DNA of 64,000 nt from Octopus sinensis (taxonomy: Eukaryota), in the NCBI RefSeq assembly GCF_006345805.1, contig NC_042999.1:158844001-158908000 (forward strand). The letters are read 5' to 3'. The notes under the pieces are model-generated. The model was not told the DNA's origin. It searched no databases and was given only the letters and a program-made list of their open reading frames with translations. Below are positions 1-12,530 of this stretch, piece after piece. Position numbers and translations under genes: made by a program. Position 1 is the stretch's first letter. Every line of letters begins with the position of its first letter.

Positions 1-254
1 ACATTTGACATCTGCTGATCGCAAGGATGTGATGCTTCTTTTGTCTTCTGATCGCACCTTATTCAATTATTCACTTCCTTCTCACATCACAATCTGCCGA
101 ACCTACTTACAGACCTGTGAAATTTAGTCTATTCACCAAGCTGCTTCCCTTTCTGCTACTGTCCCCTCTAACCCTCACATATGATTATCTAAAGTACAAG
201 ACAAAAGTCGAAACTAAACAACAATTAATAATACCACATAGTAGTAGGAGCAAA

Positions 255-670
255 GATGGTATCACAAGGCGGTTACAATAGGTGAAAGTAGGAGCACTTG
301 AAATGATCAAAAATGGAACTGAAAATTATTTGAGAACGATCACTGGATTACCATCAATGCAGTAAGGGCAAAAGATTTTCTTAACTGGTACGTCACACGT
401 ATTGAGAAGAGCTTTGTTACTGTGAATTCCCTTTCCTTTCTCTTGCCCTTTATTTTCTTTGTTTATTTTATATTTTTTATTTTTTCGTTTTTCTCCGTTT
501 TACTTTCCCTTTTTCACTATAACATGACTTTGTATATGAACAATCTGGTGTAGGTATTTTAATAGCCTACAAATGTATACAGTGCGTTTCTCTGCCCTTG
601 GTGTCAGGAAGACACTCGGCTAGAAAAAGAAACAGAATTGAAAGAAGATGATAATGAAAATAATGATGAT
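255..670 (+). mobile_element. Decayed 3' end of an R4/Dong-clade non-LTR retrotransposon (endonuclease C-terminus + 3' UTR)
   Basis: Translates to VGALEMIKNGTENYLRTITGLPSM..KIFLTGTSHVLRRAL, matching the intact C-terminus at 41868-42461 (VGALGMIKK..KIALLGTAHILRRTL). The 3' UTR is homologous to 44540-44720. Confidence 0.7.
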
Positions 671-1149
671 GATAATTAACGAAACCCATAACAAAACCAA
701 TCGAAAGAGAAATAACGGCGGACTGATAATCACAAATACTATAAAACAATTGATTAACGAGTTACACACACTCACTACTATACAAAAACTCTCCAAAAAT
801 ATACAAAAACATACCCAACAAAATGAACAAAATCCATATGTGCCATAGATGGCCGATACCATAATATGAACATAGCTTGCGCTGCACAAACAAGACACAA
901 TATAAAAACTAACAGGTGACTCGAACCAAACCCCATAACAAAACGTACTGATACAATATCTCCCCACCAAAAAACCAAATGCAGCACACACCACCCTTGC
1001 TGCACAAAGGTACAACAAATGATGCATTAAAAAGTTGCTTGAAACTTTCAGAAAAATAGTAGTGGTAATGACGATGGTGACGAAAGTTGCCGTACCTCAG
1101 TTTATGAGAGACAGGAGTTTCCGACAGAACTCTGGTTGTAACAATTAAA

Positions 1150-2305
1150 ATGAAGCCGACCTTTAAGGGAAAGCCTCCCGCTCGGCAGCGGTTCAGTAAA
1201 GATGCAGACTGACCACAACAGAGAGAGCAAGAAGGAGGAAATGGTCCAGTTAAGAAAACAGGATAGTGATGCAGTTTTACTAAGAAAGCGAACCTAAAAG
1301 AAAACGGATGTAAACACTTTTGGAAGAGAAGGGTATGATTAAAGTGACTGATCAGAGATTAATTGATCAGACTAATGCTATTAGGAGACGAAGGTGGATG
1401 ACAGAATTGGAGGCAGAAGAGATCACAAGCGAACTGGAAAACAAATACAAGGTAGTGTGAACGGCAAACAACAACATAAGAGATACAGATGAAACTAAAG
1501 AAGAGGCGAAATGAAAAAAATAGCAATAGCGCTAACAATAAGGAAAGAACAACTGGCACCAACGACTTAAGTGATTTAGGTGAGGAAGATCAGAAGATTT
1601 TAGATGAGTTGCATGAATTAATGAGTAAAGAAGAAAGAAAAAGTCTGACAGCATTAAAAGGACCCAACAGAAGGAATGTACAGGAAAGGACTGTGAAAGT
1701 AGATTCTGTTATCAGTAGGATAGATACTAAAAATGATACTAATCTATGCAGGAGGGGTAGTAGTCACCAGAAGATTAGATATCTCACAGGGAATGATTAG
1801 AGAAGAGCAGATGTGGAGAAGAAGACTGCAAACTTTGGGACAATGACAAAAGAGTTGAAAGAGCGTATAATAGCAGTAGCAGGCAAGATCTTCAGATATC
1901 AGAAGAGGAATAAATTGGTATCAACAGAATATATTCTTTGAGACAGACCAGAAGAGACTTTATAACCAAATAAATAGTGAAGAACGAAGTACTGCAGATG
2001 ACAAACCTAATGTAGAAGAAGCTAGAAAGTTTTGGAGTAATATTTGAGATAAGCCAGTCAATCATAATGGAGATGCAGTATGGTTAAAGAAAGTGAGAGA
2101 AGTAGTGAGTGAGAAGCAGCCAGATCTAAAATTAACAAGAAAAGTCTTAGGAAATATGCCGAATTGGAAGAGCCCAAGACCAGACTTAACTACTGGTCAA
2201 AACAATTTAGTAGTTTACACCGGAGGCTGAGGGAACAACTTCAGGATTGCCCTAATGGGGGAATAATACCATATTGGATGACTAGAGCGGGGACAATACT
2301 CATGC
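1150..2305 (+). mobile_element. 5' half of a decayed R4/Dong-clade LINE ORF (N-terminal domain to start of RT)
   Basis: Frameshifted motifs EEKGMIKVTDQRLIDQTNAIRRRRW, WRRRLQ, TDQKRLYNQI, EARKFWSNI*DKP, NMPNWKSP, SSLHRRLREQLQDC..IPYWMT. It ends abruptly at about 2305. Confidence 0.8.
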
Positions 2306-3840
2306 CGATGTTTTTGCTCCTGTGGCAAGACCTGCGTTGTTGGTATTTTAGAAGGCGATGTGGTGGTAGTCGTGGTCATTAACTCTGTTGTTCATGGAGT
2401 TGTTGTCACTCGTGAAGTTGTTGTCACTCGTGTAGTTGTTGTTCTTGGTGGTGGTATTTTTGCTGGAGCCCTCTCTGCTTCCTTTACTTGGGGTTTCTTC
2501 TTTTGTTAGGGTTGCTTTTGTTGTTGGGATTGCTTCTGTAGTTGGGTTGCTTCAGTTGTTGTGATGCAGGTGGTGCTTGTATCAAGGAGGTAGTGTCCTC
2601 CTTTTGTTTTACTTGTGGGAATAAGGCTTTGAGGGGGTTATTCTGTCCGCATTGATAACATCTTGGCCTTCTTCCCTCAACTGTGGCGTTCAGCATTGTG
2701 ACATGTCGAAGACTGAGTTGATCAGGAATTTGTTCCAAAACTATATTTGGACGATTATTTGCAATTCTTGACCAGTCCACTTGTTTTTACCTTGTTTCAC
2801 GACTTGGAGGATTCTGATTTTATCTTCCAGGTCGATGTGGGTGGCTGCGACAATCCATCAGGCGTTCATATCTGGTGTTATCTCCAGTATTTTTAAGTTG
2901 GCGACGTGCCGTCCCAGGTATGTTGGAACTGGAAGTTCACTGTCTTGTCAGCTGGGCTGGTGAGTGCAGTTTTGCTGTTTTCTGTAGCAAATCTGACTTC
3001 AAGTGCATCATATTTCTTACCACTCGACAGATATGATATATCTTTCCTAATAGGATGCAAGCATTTTTCAACTGCTTGCTTTGTGGCAGTTTCTAAACGT
3101 CTCTTTATTTAACGATATAGTTTTGTACACTATAACATGATTGTTTGTATTGTCCATGATATCTGAGGCGTGTTTATCGAAACACATTTTTCGTTTTTTT
3201 TCTACTTAAAATGTTTCTGTTCTACAGAAACATTAATGTATTCAGTGCTAGGTTTCGCAATTGAAGTAGAACCACAGCTGTTTAGTGCATCGGGTTGTTG
3301 TTGTTGTTGAGTGTTCAAGCTGTCAGTGTTTGTGGGAGGGCTTGGATTCACAGGTGTTGCGCCTCTAGCAGCGTCCATTAGCTGAATTTCTGTTTTATTT
3401 CTCTTATTTCTCGCGTATCTTTTCTTCTTTTTCTTTCTGCTGCTCAGCGTTGCACGTGCTAGCAAGACTTTCCCTCACCCCCTCTCTCTCTATCTCTCCC
3501 TCTCTCTCTCTCTGCCTTTTAAGGCGCAGAGAGGGCGGAGACAATTTTCAAACATTTTTTGGCTGTCTTCCGATTGCAGAGGGGGTGGGGAAGGAAAGGA
3601 AGAGCTGAAACTCCTCGCCAAGGAGATTTTTACAAATTTTAAAATTGAAAATGAAAAAAATGGAGAATTTAAATTGAAAATTCGCCTCAAAAGAGGAAAT
3701 GTCCCGCCTAGCCGCTCAGCTCAGCCTGGCCACAGAAATGTCGTAGAACATTGTCAGATACAAAAATATCTGTAAAAATTGAACAAAAACTTACAGCTCA
3801 CGAACACGCGTTCTTCTTGGAAATCCAGGAGCACTGTACT
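2306..3840 (-). mobile_element. Decayed LINE 5' UTR + ORF1-like (gag-like) region with degenerate zinc knuckle
   Basis: ORFs 3202-3465 and 2484-2780 and the intervening frames give LPVPTYLGRH..WIVAA..VEGRRPRCYQCGQNNPLKALFP (decayed CCHC knuckle), then a Thr-rich tail. Clade not assignable from ORF1 alone. Confidence 0.6.
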
Positions 3841-3855
3841 ATAAAAATAGTATTA

Positions 3856-3856
<1 letters not shown>

Positions 3857-3919
<63 letters not shown>

Positions 3920-3926
3920 CAACAAC
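3857..3926. repeat. (AAT)n/(AAC)n microsatellite
   Basis: Direct reading. Confidence 0.97.
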
Positions 3927-4406
3927 TTAGAAGTGTTATCATGTACATCCTTTTCCTTGGTATAAAAGATGGTCTACAGTAAATATTCTACTCAGTACCA
4001 ATTATTTGCTTGTCAGTTGCTTGACCTTAACCAGTTGAACGCACACCTAAGTTGCAGACGATATATGCATATCTGATCACGATCAGAAGTAGTGGAGGAG
4101 CATCGTAGCCATGGGGTTTGGATAATTCATTCTGGAAACATGGTTGCTTCGTTCAACATCCTTAAACATCCCTTAGTCAGGGACCTTTTGAGTGGGATGG
4201 GCTACTCGATCTGAAGGAAACCTTAACTGGGCACCACCTGCAAGGTCAGGTGCTGTGTATCTTGATATGAGATCACCATGTCACACACATAATTGCGATG
4301 CATGTGCCTGGTGTACCCTTATCAGACAGGTAGTCATGATGGGTGTACTGGGCTTCGTATATTTTACCCCAGTGTCCGTTTGATGGCATGCACTGCTCTC
4401 TCACTC
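3927..4406. mobile_element. Non-coding ~550-bp repeat ('element D'), copy 1, truncated, embedded in (TAA)n
   Basis: Homologous to 4441-4918 and 57896-58448. All copies end in ctctcact(c/g) followed by AAT repeats. Confidence 0.85.
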
Positions 4407-4440
4407 AATAATAATAATAACAATAATAATAATAATAATA

Positions 4441-4918
4441 TTTGTCTTGGTATAAAAGATGGGCTACAGCAAATATTCTGCTCAATACCACAGATTTGCT
4501 TGTCAGTTGTTTGACCTTAACCAGTTGAGCATGTCCCTTAGTGGCTGACGATATGTGCATCTCTGATCACGAGCAGAAGTAGTGGGGGAGTATCATAGCC
4601 ATGTGTTGAGAGGGATTCTTTGGGGTTTGAATAGTTCACCTCTGGAAACATGGGTGGTTCTTTCAACATCCTTAAACAACCCTTATTCAGGGACCGTTTG
4701 AGCGGGATGGGCTACTCAACCTGAAGAAAATTCTAACTGGGCCCCACCTGCAAGGTCATGTGCTGTTTATCTTGATATGAGATCACCATGTCGCGCACAT
4801 ACGGTTGTGATGCATGTGCCTGGTGTACCTTTATCAGACGGGTAGTCATGATGGGTATATTGGGCTTCGTATATTTTACCCCAGTGTCACTTTGATGGCA
4901 TGAACTGCTCTGTCACTC
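4441..4918. mobile_element. Element D, copy 2 (tandem with copy 1, separated by (AAT)n)
   Basis: Near-identical to 57968-58448. Confidence 0.85.
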
Positions 4919-4996
4919 AATGATAATAATAATAATAATAATAATAATAATATAATAATAATAATAATAATAATAATGATAATAATGATAATAATG

Positions 4997-5028
<32 letters not shown>
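4919..5028. repeat. Impure (AAT)n microsatellite
   Basis: Direct reading. Confidence 0.97.
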
Positions 5029-5029
<1 letters not shown>

Positions 5030-5239
5030 CAAGAAGCCTTTTAGGCGTGAAGATAACTTAGTGACTGACAAACTCATAAGCAATAACTGAAGAAGAGGTA
5101 AAAAGTGTGTGTGCATGGAGTAGATCGGTTACCAAAATAGTTTTGCTAGTACACCTCACACGTAGATCTAGGAAACATTAATCGTGATAAAGATTGCACA
5201 ATTGTATGATATATTCAACATGTCATGAGTGTATGATAA

Positions 5240-5835
5240 ACCATTTAAGCAGATACAAACTAAAAGAGGAATAACAGTTCTCGCCTCCACTTTATTTGAT
5301 ACTAACACTTTTAATGGACACGATACAAGGTACTGGACTAAAACACAAATGCCACGAGACGATAAACCATCTCTTGAATATGAGTGAACTCAAGCTGTCC
5401 CCTATAAATGATAACCAACTATAAACATTTCTGCTGAGGATAAATGGATATGAGAAATCAATATTAGATTCGGTTTCGAAAAATGTACCAAGCCACCTCA
5501 AATAGAGAAAATTAAGATCGCTAACATAATGCTAGTAAAAGAAACCTTGATAAGAAAATTAAACTAATGACTGACACAATAAGTATTTGGTTATCAATGC
5601 TATAATCGAAGTCAGCACACAGAAGATGTACTGTATACACTCTAAAGGGAAACATAAAACAGCAATATGCCAAGAATAAGCTAAAAGTTATGAATAATTT
5701 ACGTGCCGTACTAACAAGTTAGAGTTATAATCTAATAGATTTAACGTTAAGCAAACTACTAACATTAGACAAAGAAACATTATAGCATTTAGAATGCACC
5801 ACAGATAATTTAACATGTAAGATTTTATCTACCAT
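5240..5835 (+). mobile_element. Highly decayed R4/Dong RT + thumb fragment
   Basis: KRGI, INHLLNMSELKL (about INHLLYMDDLKL), RFGFEKCT (about EFGLDKCA), AKNKLKVMN, MHH..RFYLP. Confidence 0.6.
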
Positions 5836-5892
5836 GAACGTAGTGTGTTAGGGAATTTTGTTATTAGAAAACTTTTATGCATTATCTCTTGT

Positions 5893-6213
5893 GAAGGCTG
5901 TGGTTTAGTGGTTACAGTATTCTGCTCACAATTGTAAGGTCGTGAGTTCGATAACCGGTAGCGAGACGTGTTCTTGAGCGTGACACTAAATTTCACGTTG
6001 TCCTTCTTCACTCATCCGGCAAAAAATGAATAGTAGCTATATTTCAAAGGACTAACATAGTTACATGCTGAGTCGTACTGAATCTCCCTGAGAACTGCGA
6101 TAAATGTACGCGTGTCTTTGGAGTGCTCGACTACTTGCATGTTAATTTCACAAGCAGGCTGTTCCGTTGATTGGATCAACTGGAACACTCGCCATCCTAA
6201 CCGCAGGAGTGCC
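5893..6213 (+). mobile_element. tRNA-derived CORE-type SINE, tail type 1
   Basis: A box tggtttagtgg, B box gagttcgataacc, CORE-like gtgttcttgagc..tttcacgttg. The tail is shared with 13254-13622, 43949-44332, 52748-53120 and 54465-54762. Confidence 0.85.
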
Positions 6214-6970
6214 ATTTTATATATATATTCTCCTATCGAAGTACAAAATATTTAGCAAAGTATTGTGGAAAATTAATATTAAATAGCTATGAAATATGAA
6301 CAAAACACATATAAAATCAATTACGTATCAAGAAAGCCAAAAATACAAAATAGATGTCAAACTGATCATTATGAATAGAATGGGAAAACCACGACAGAAT
6401 TGAATTTGTATTGGGATAAGCTAAAATGTTAGGTTAAACTATGGCTACAGATAGCGATAACAAGGAAAGCTCTAAGTTCGCCCTCACATGTAAAGGCTGA
6501 ACATTGCGGGGTAGGAGGAGATATGGAGGAATGGCTTAAAAATTCTGATGGTCAGAGGACTTAGAAGATCAATAAAAGATACAAATGTATTTGGGTGAAT
6601 AAACGAGAGATTATACACTGAGTAAATAGACGTCACTATTGTTGATGTTGAGTTGAGAGAAGCGAGGACCAGTGAATGAATTCTAAGTAAGTTATCTATC
6701 TTTGGAATGGAGTGAAAATACAGTTCGTAGTCTGGTATCTGAGATGAGCTGGATTTAGGAATTGATGGATTTGCATATCAACAAAGATTAGGATGTTTCA
6801 TTTACATGTTAGTAGGTGATCATAATTTAGAATGGAACGAAAGTTAAGGATATTGGAGAGCGTAAAGACGAGAAATGAACGATTTCCTCAGTGAAAAAGA
6901 CGTTCATAAATCATATAATAATTCTGTTTGTCATTGCATTACTTAGCCCGTCGGTAACGCGTTTATGTGA

Positions 6971-7358
6971 TTAGAGAAAAAGAGGGAGAAAGAAAAGAGA
7001 GAAAGAGAAAAAGAGGGAGAAAGAAAAGAGGGAAAGAGAAAAAGAAGGATAGAGAAAAAGAAGCAGAGAGAAAAAGAAGGAGAGAGAAAAAGAGGGAGAG
7101 AGAAACGTCCATGACGTGAGGTAGAGGGAATTTAATTGTAAGATTATCACATGATTAGTTGCAAGGAAAGAGAGGAAAAAGAAAAAGGAGAAATAAAAAG
7201 AGGGTGAGGCGAAGAGTAAGGAAGAAAGAGAGGAAAAGAAAGAGAGAGAGATGGAGGGAGAAAAGGAGAGCCGGAGAGAAAAGCATCCATGACGTGGCGT
7301 TGGGGAACGTATTAGTTTTAACAGAGGGGTGATGTTCTGATGTTGAGATTAACAAAAG

Positions 7359-7415
<57 letters not shown>

Positions 7416-7465
7416 GAGAGAGAAAGAGGAGAGAGAAAGAGGAGAGAGAGAAGAGGGAGATAGAT
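6971..7465. repeat. Purine-rich low-complexity tract ending in (GA)n
   Basis: Direct reading. Confidence 0.9.
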
Positions 7466-8208
7466 GACGATGATGGTGGTGGTGATTATGAAGATGGAGG
7501 TGGTGTTGGTGGTAGTGACTGGATAGTGAAAAGTGTATTTTTTAGATTGAACTAAGATTTTTATATCACCGATCACTTAGTATATGCGCATAAGAGCAAT
7601 TCCGTGAAATATTGACGCACATTTACGTGGCAGATATATGCGAATAAACTAAAGGTTGTATCATATGCACAGAATATATTTTTTGTTTGTTTATAGGGAA
7701 AACGAAAAAATAAGAGTGAATATTTATTTTATGATTGCTGTGTATTCAGTCTATAAAATTGTGCATAAAGTATATAAAGTAAATATATAAATTAAATATA
7801 TAAAGTGCATCAAGTAATCATCGGATTCCAATTTCTTTCCCCGTTTCAGTGAGTAGCAGATGAGCGACTGTCTTTCCATACAGACACAATACAGGCTACG
7901 TTTTCAGGTTTTCTGGATAAGGTTTTCAGAAATAAACCAATAGGTTTACCATTAAATCCGTGAAATATCCACAGATCCCGCTTGTGAAGATATTGAAGTC
8001 CAATCTCTAAATGAGAATTATCATACCAACAATTATTTAAGTAGTATCCCTAATAGAGTATGAAGCAGGTGTTATCCAATGGAGGAAAGATAAACTGAAG
8101 CATATCAACAGGAAAATGAGGTAGCAGCTCACACGGATGCAGGTATCCCTAATCATGTGGACGTGTTAGACTGCAAAAGAACTGACGGATGAAGAGCATT
8201 AATGAGCG

Positions 8209-8412
8209 TACTCTTTTACTTGTTTCAGTCATTTGTCTGTGGCCATGCTGGAGCACCGCCTTTAGTCGATCAAATCGATCCCAGGACTTATTCTTTGTAA
8301 GCCTAGTACTTATTCTATCGGACCCTTTTGCTGAACCACTAAGTTACGGGGACGTAAACACACCAGCATCGGTTGTCAAGCGATGTTGGTGGGGACAAAC
8401 ACAGACACACAA

Positions 8413-8454
<42 letters not shown>

Positions 8455-8697
8455 CTATATATTTATATATATATATTTATATATATATATATATATTCAT
8501 ATTTATATATATATATATATATATACATATATACGACGGGCTTCTTTCAGTTTCTGTCTACCAAATTCACTCACAAGGCTTTGGTCGGCCCAAGGCTATA
8601 GCAGAAGACACTTGCCCAAGGTACTACGCAGTGGGACTGAACCCGGAACCATGTGGTTCGTAAGCAAGCTACTTACCACACAGACACTCTAACGCCT
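8209..8697 (-). mobile_element. SINE family A (tRNA head-CORE-internal (TA)n/(TG)n-second module-(GTAAAAGA) tail)
   Basis: Full-length reverse-complement copy of the family seen 11 times in the window. Confidence 0.93.
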
Positions 8698-10334
8698 ATA
8701 GGCGTAGGTAATTTAACAAAACTAAAGGAAACGGACTTAGGTTTCTGTCTAAAAATAAACGGTTCTCATAAAGGCAATAATAAGGGAATGACTATTTACA
8801 GAATTTGTAAACCCCAAATAGCAAAACCAAAGAAGTTCCATTCAGCGTTTTTTTTAAAGAACAAAAGGAAATAAGGGATGGTATAGACAGCTAGATCATG
8901 GCCATTTTTGAGAATAGAATTTGTAATCTTCGAAAACAATGAAGACAATAAACGTAGAAGGAAACAAAATGCAAGAACTTTAATATTGCTGTCGATTAAA
9001 AGAAGCAGGAAGTACGTTTTACAATCGGTGTGGCATGATTATTAGATATAAGAACATACGGGTGTCTTCCCACAATCCTGCACTTGTAGTTCACATAATT
9101 ATTTGCCCCAAAAGTATCAATGAGAAATTTTAAGCGTAGATCTGGCAGAATATTCTCATATTCTGGTTATGCCCCACATAAAGTTTCCCGTAGTACTCTT
9201 CTGTTTTAATATATTTTGTTTTACATCTATTACTATCCCTTATTCTGAACAGTCCGCGTTATCAGATACCGTCTACTCGGCACTTCCAACTAAATCTCTT
9301 AAGAAATTGTGTGAATCTGTTTTCTTTATCAGATTTGGTTATATGGAACTCACAAAGCTACGGTTCAAATTATAAATTTGTAGTGAACTACACATGTCGG
9401 GTAAAGAATGAGAGGAAAGCTTGCAGATAAGCGCAAAAACTGCGCTTCGAACGCTACCGTAACTTAGACGGTGAAACACGAAGGCCACTGTGCAGGCGTT
9501 TGGAGACCACTGCCTCGTCTCATTTGTGAAACAAAACGAGCAGGTAATAAGCCCTTAGGCAGCACTTCAATCAAGTATTGTATTGTCTCCATCAAGTCTT
9601 GTGAATCTTCATTGGCATGAAGAATATAAAGTCGACCGTACTCTGGCGATCCATTTCCGTGTAAAGGTAGACAGAAATTTTGAAGTAGAAAGATATCTTT
9701 CCCTCGGGGTTAGTCATTTGTGCATCGAATCAAGTAAAGGAATCTGCTCAATTATAATTTCCAGATATTATTCGAAATTATCGTGGCTCATTACTTGCTT
9801 CAAAGACGCGTTTTACCATTATGGCAAAACTATAGATGCCCATTTCTAAAGCACAAAGCATTAATATACAGGCAAGATTTATAATTCCTCTGATGGTGCA
9901 TGGTTCAAATTTTTCATCCTGATTTCGTTTTATGGCAGTAGCAAATCAACTTGGACATCGTCCTATTGTTAGGAATTTTTCCGAAGTAAGAAAATTGCTG
10001 TCATTTCTTTGGACTGCCAAATTGCATTTGATGTTTTCTTCTTTTGTACCATTTCTCAAATTAAGCAACTATACTTCATTCCTATTATTTCATCGCGTTT
10101 CTCTCTCTTTGCATATATATATGTTGATTCTGTAAATATGCTGCATATACTTTCTCAGTCACACTGGCTCTTCTTATCTGTTTCGTTGTCATAAGGTTTC
10201 TCGTATTTCCTTCTCTGCATCTTTTGTCTCATTTCTTTTTGTTGAACTTCGATTACGTTCCATAGCTAAAATTGTTTAAATATAAAGTGAAAATGAAATT
10301 TTCAGTGCAAAATTTGCAGCAGTGTTAAAAGATA

Positions 10335-10915
10335 AGGAAACTGAGAATATACGTCGTGTATAAAAATTGCAGAAGTGTTTAAAAATAATAAAGAATAAGA
10401 AATGGTAACAAGAAACTGAAATTCTTTACTTGCTTGTCTTCTTGCGTCATGAAAGTAAAAGTGTTTACCATGCCAGAGCTAAAAGTGAAATAGTTCTATT
10501 CGCAAACAGAGAAAAAGCTCTAGTAGCAAAATGAACGGAATAAGAAATGTAATTAATAATGATAATAAAGTAAATTATAAATTTTCTGGAGCCGACGAAA
10601 TACTATATAGGATATAGAGTCACTAAATTGTATTGAATTGTTGTGGAATTATTCTGAAAGGAGAAATAAATGTAACACAGATACTCGACGCAAACATTTG
10701 GCTCCTACATAAATGAGAATATTCGCTGTGTTATTATCCCTTTCTTAATGTTAGATTCCAAAAGTATTGAAATATATGAAATCTGTTTATAATTTTTATA
10801 AATGAATACAAATTTGTAGAATTATTTGCTGATATCAGATCATGTAGGATTCATCATAAAGAGTATCTCACTTTTCACCCTGGAAAATACTTCCGCTTTC
10901 TTTTACTAAGAGGAA
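10335..10915 (+). repeat. Old local duplication, copy 1
   Basis: Colinear with 11470-11524 + 11950-12140 + 12531-12850. Confidence 0.85.
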
Positions 10916-11017
10916 CAAGTTATTTCTTTTATTTTGAAAAGGAAATTTTAAACTTTACTCGCCTTTTGTAAGAAAATGTTTTGATTTCACTTAAAAGAAA
11001 TCTTATATAATAAGAAT

Positions 11018-11231
11018 GGTTTGAAAATTTGGCATAAGGCCATCGATTTCAGGTGAACGTTTAAGTCGATTACATCGACACTAATGCTCAACTGGAACTT
11101 ATTTTATCGGTCCCGAAAGGATGAAAGGTAAAGTCGACTTCATCGGAATTTGAACTCAGAACGTAAAATTTGGACGAAATGCCGCTAAGTATTTTGTCCG
11201 ACATGTTAGTGATTCTGCCAGCTCGCTACCT
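11018..11231 (-). mobile_element. SINE family B (taaggcggcgagctggcagaa head)
   Basis: tRNA-like head, gagttcaaattcc B box, central gtcgact..gataaaataagt module. Confidence 0.9.
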
Positions 11232-11249
11232 CAATAATAATAATAATCC

Positions 11250-11459
11250 TTTCTACAAACGTAAAACACATGAAATTGGGGGAACAGATGAGTCGATTAC
11301 ATTGCCTCCAGTGTTTCACTGGTACTTTATCTATCGGCCCCGAAAGGAGGAAAGACAAAGTCGATCCCGGCGGAATTGGAACTCAAAGCGTAGCAACGGC
11401 CGAAATATCACTAAGCATTTCGTCCAGCGTGCTAACAATTCTGCCAGCTCACCGCCTTA
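11250..11459 (-). mobile_element. SINE family B, tandem with the previous copy
   Basis: Same consensus, separated from the neighbour by (AAT)n. Confidence 0.9.
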
Positions 11460-11524
11460 ATAATAATGATAACTGAGAATATGAGTTGTACGAAAAATTT
11501 GCAGAAGTTTTAAAAAATAATAAA

Positions 11525-11950
11525 GGCGCAGGAGTGGCTGTGTGGTAAGTAGCTTGCTAACCAACCACATGGTTCCGGGTTCAGTCCCACTGCGTGGCAT
11601 CTTGGGCAAGTGTCTTCTGCTATAGCCTCGGGCCGACCAATGCCTTGTGAGTGGATTTGGTAGACGAAAACTGAAAGAAGCCTGTCGTATATATGTATAT
11701 ATTCATATATATATATGTGTGTGTATGTTTGTGTGTCTGCGTTTGTCCCCCTAGCATTGCCTGACAGCCGATGCTGGTGTGTTTACGTCCCCGTCACTTA
11801 GCGGTTCGGCAAGAGAGACCGATGGAATAAGTACTGGGCTTACAAAGAATAAGTTCCGGGGTCGATTTGCTCGACTAAACGCGGTGCTCCAGCATGGCAG
11901 CAGTCAAATGACTGAAACAAATAAAAGAAAAAAAAAGTAAAAGAGTAATA
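11525..11950 (+). mobile_element. SINE family A
   Basis: Full-length, ggcgcaggagtggctgtgtggtaag to gtaaaagagt. Confidence 0.95.
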
Positions 11951-12140
11951 AGAAATGGTAACAAGAAACTGAAATTCTTTACTTGCTTGTCTTACAGCTT
12001 CATGAAAGTGAAAGTGTTAACCGTACCAGAGATAAAAGTGAAATATTTTTTTCGCAAATAGAGAAAAAGCGTGAGTAGAAAATGAACGGAATAAGAAACA
12101 AATGTAATTAATAATGATAATCAAGTAAATTATAAACTTT

Positions 12141-12530
12141 GTATACTGGCAGAATGTGTTTATAAAACATCTTTTTCTCTCGGCTTTATTGAGAAAATTC
12201 TATAGTTTGTAAGATATTTGTTGTCTTTTTCTTCAATTTCCGCAATTTCAACCAATCAATGATGTCCATTGAGGTAAACAACATTCTGTGCCTTATGAAT
12301 ATGTCCCTCGTTTAAGAAATAGATTAGGTTTATTTACATTTGTGAAGAAAAAAAGATATCCTTCCCCCACCCCTAACAACCCTAACCCTAACTAAGCCAA
12401 ACTAAGCCTAACTAACCCTAACCCTAAAACAAATTGAAATGCAATAGATCGATACTAGGGTCATAATTATGGGTGACAACTTCATAAGAGACCGCTAGAA
12501 AAAAATGCCGTTCAAACCGAAAAGATCTAC
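12141..12530. mobile_element. Non-autonomous DNA-type insertion carrying degenerate (CCCTAA)n
   Basis: Absent from the paralogous empty site near 10580, flanked by TTT on both sides, CCCTAA units at 12370-12427. Confidence 0.7.

Noticed and set aside
6560-6900. Possible AP-endonuclease N-terminus on the minus strand (NFRSILN..QIPDYELY)
   Set aside because: Only loose resemblance, with no continuous frame or catalytic motifs.
9880-10270. Possible Chapaev-like transposase remnant on the minus strand (VTEKVYAAY..KWYKRRKHQMQFGSPKK*)
   Set aside because: The similarity is from memory, short and frameshifted. It needs a profile-HMM search and is not supportable as a feature.
12370-12427. Interstitial telomere or chromosome-fusion scar
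   Set aside because: Short and degenerate, and it lies inside a discrete insertion absent from the paralogous site.
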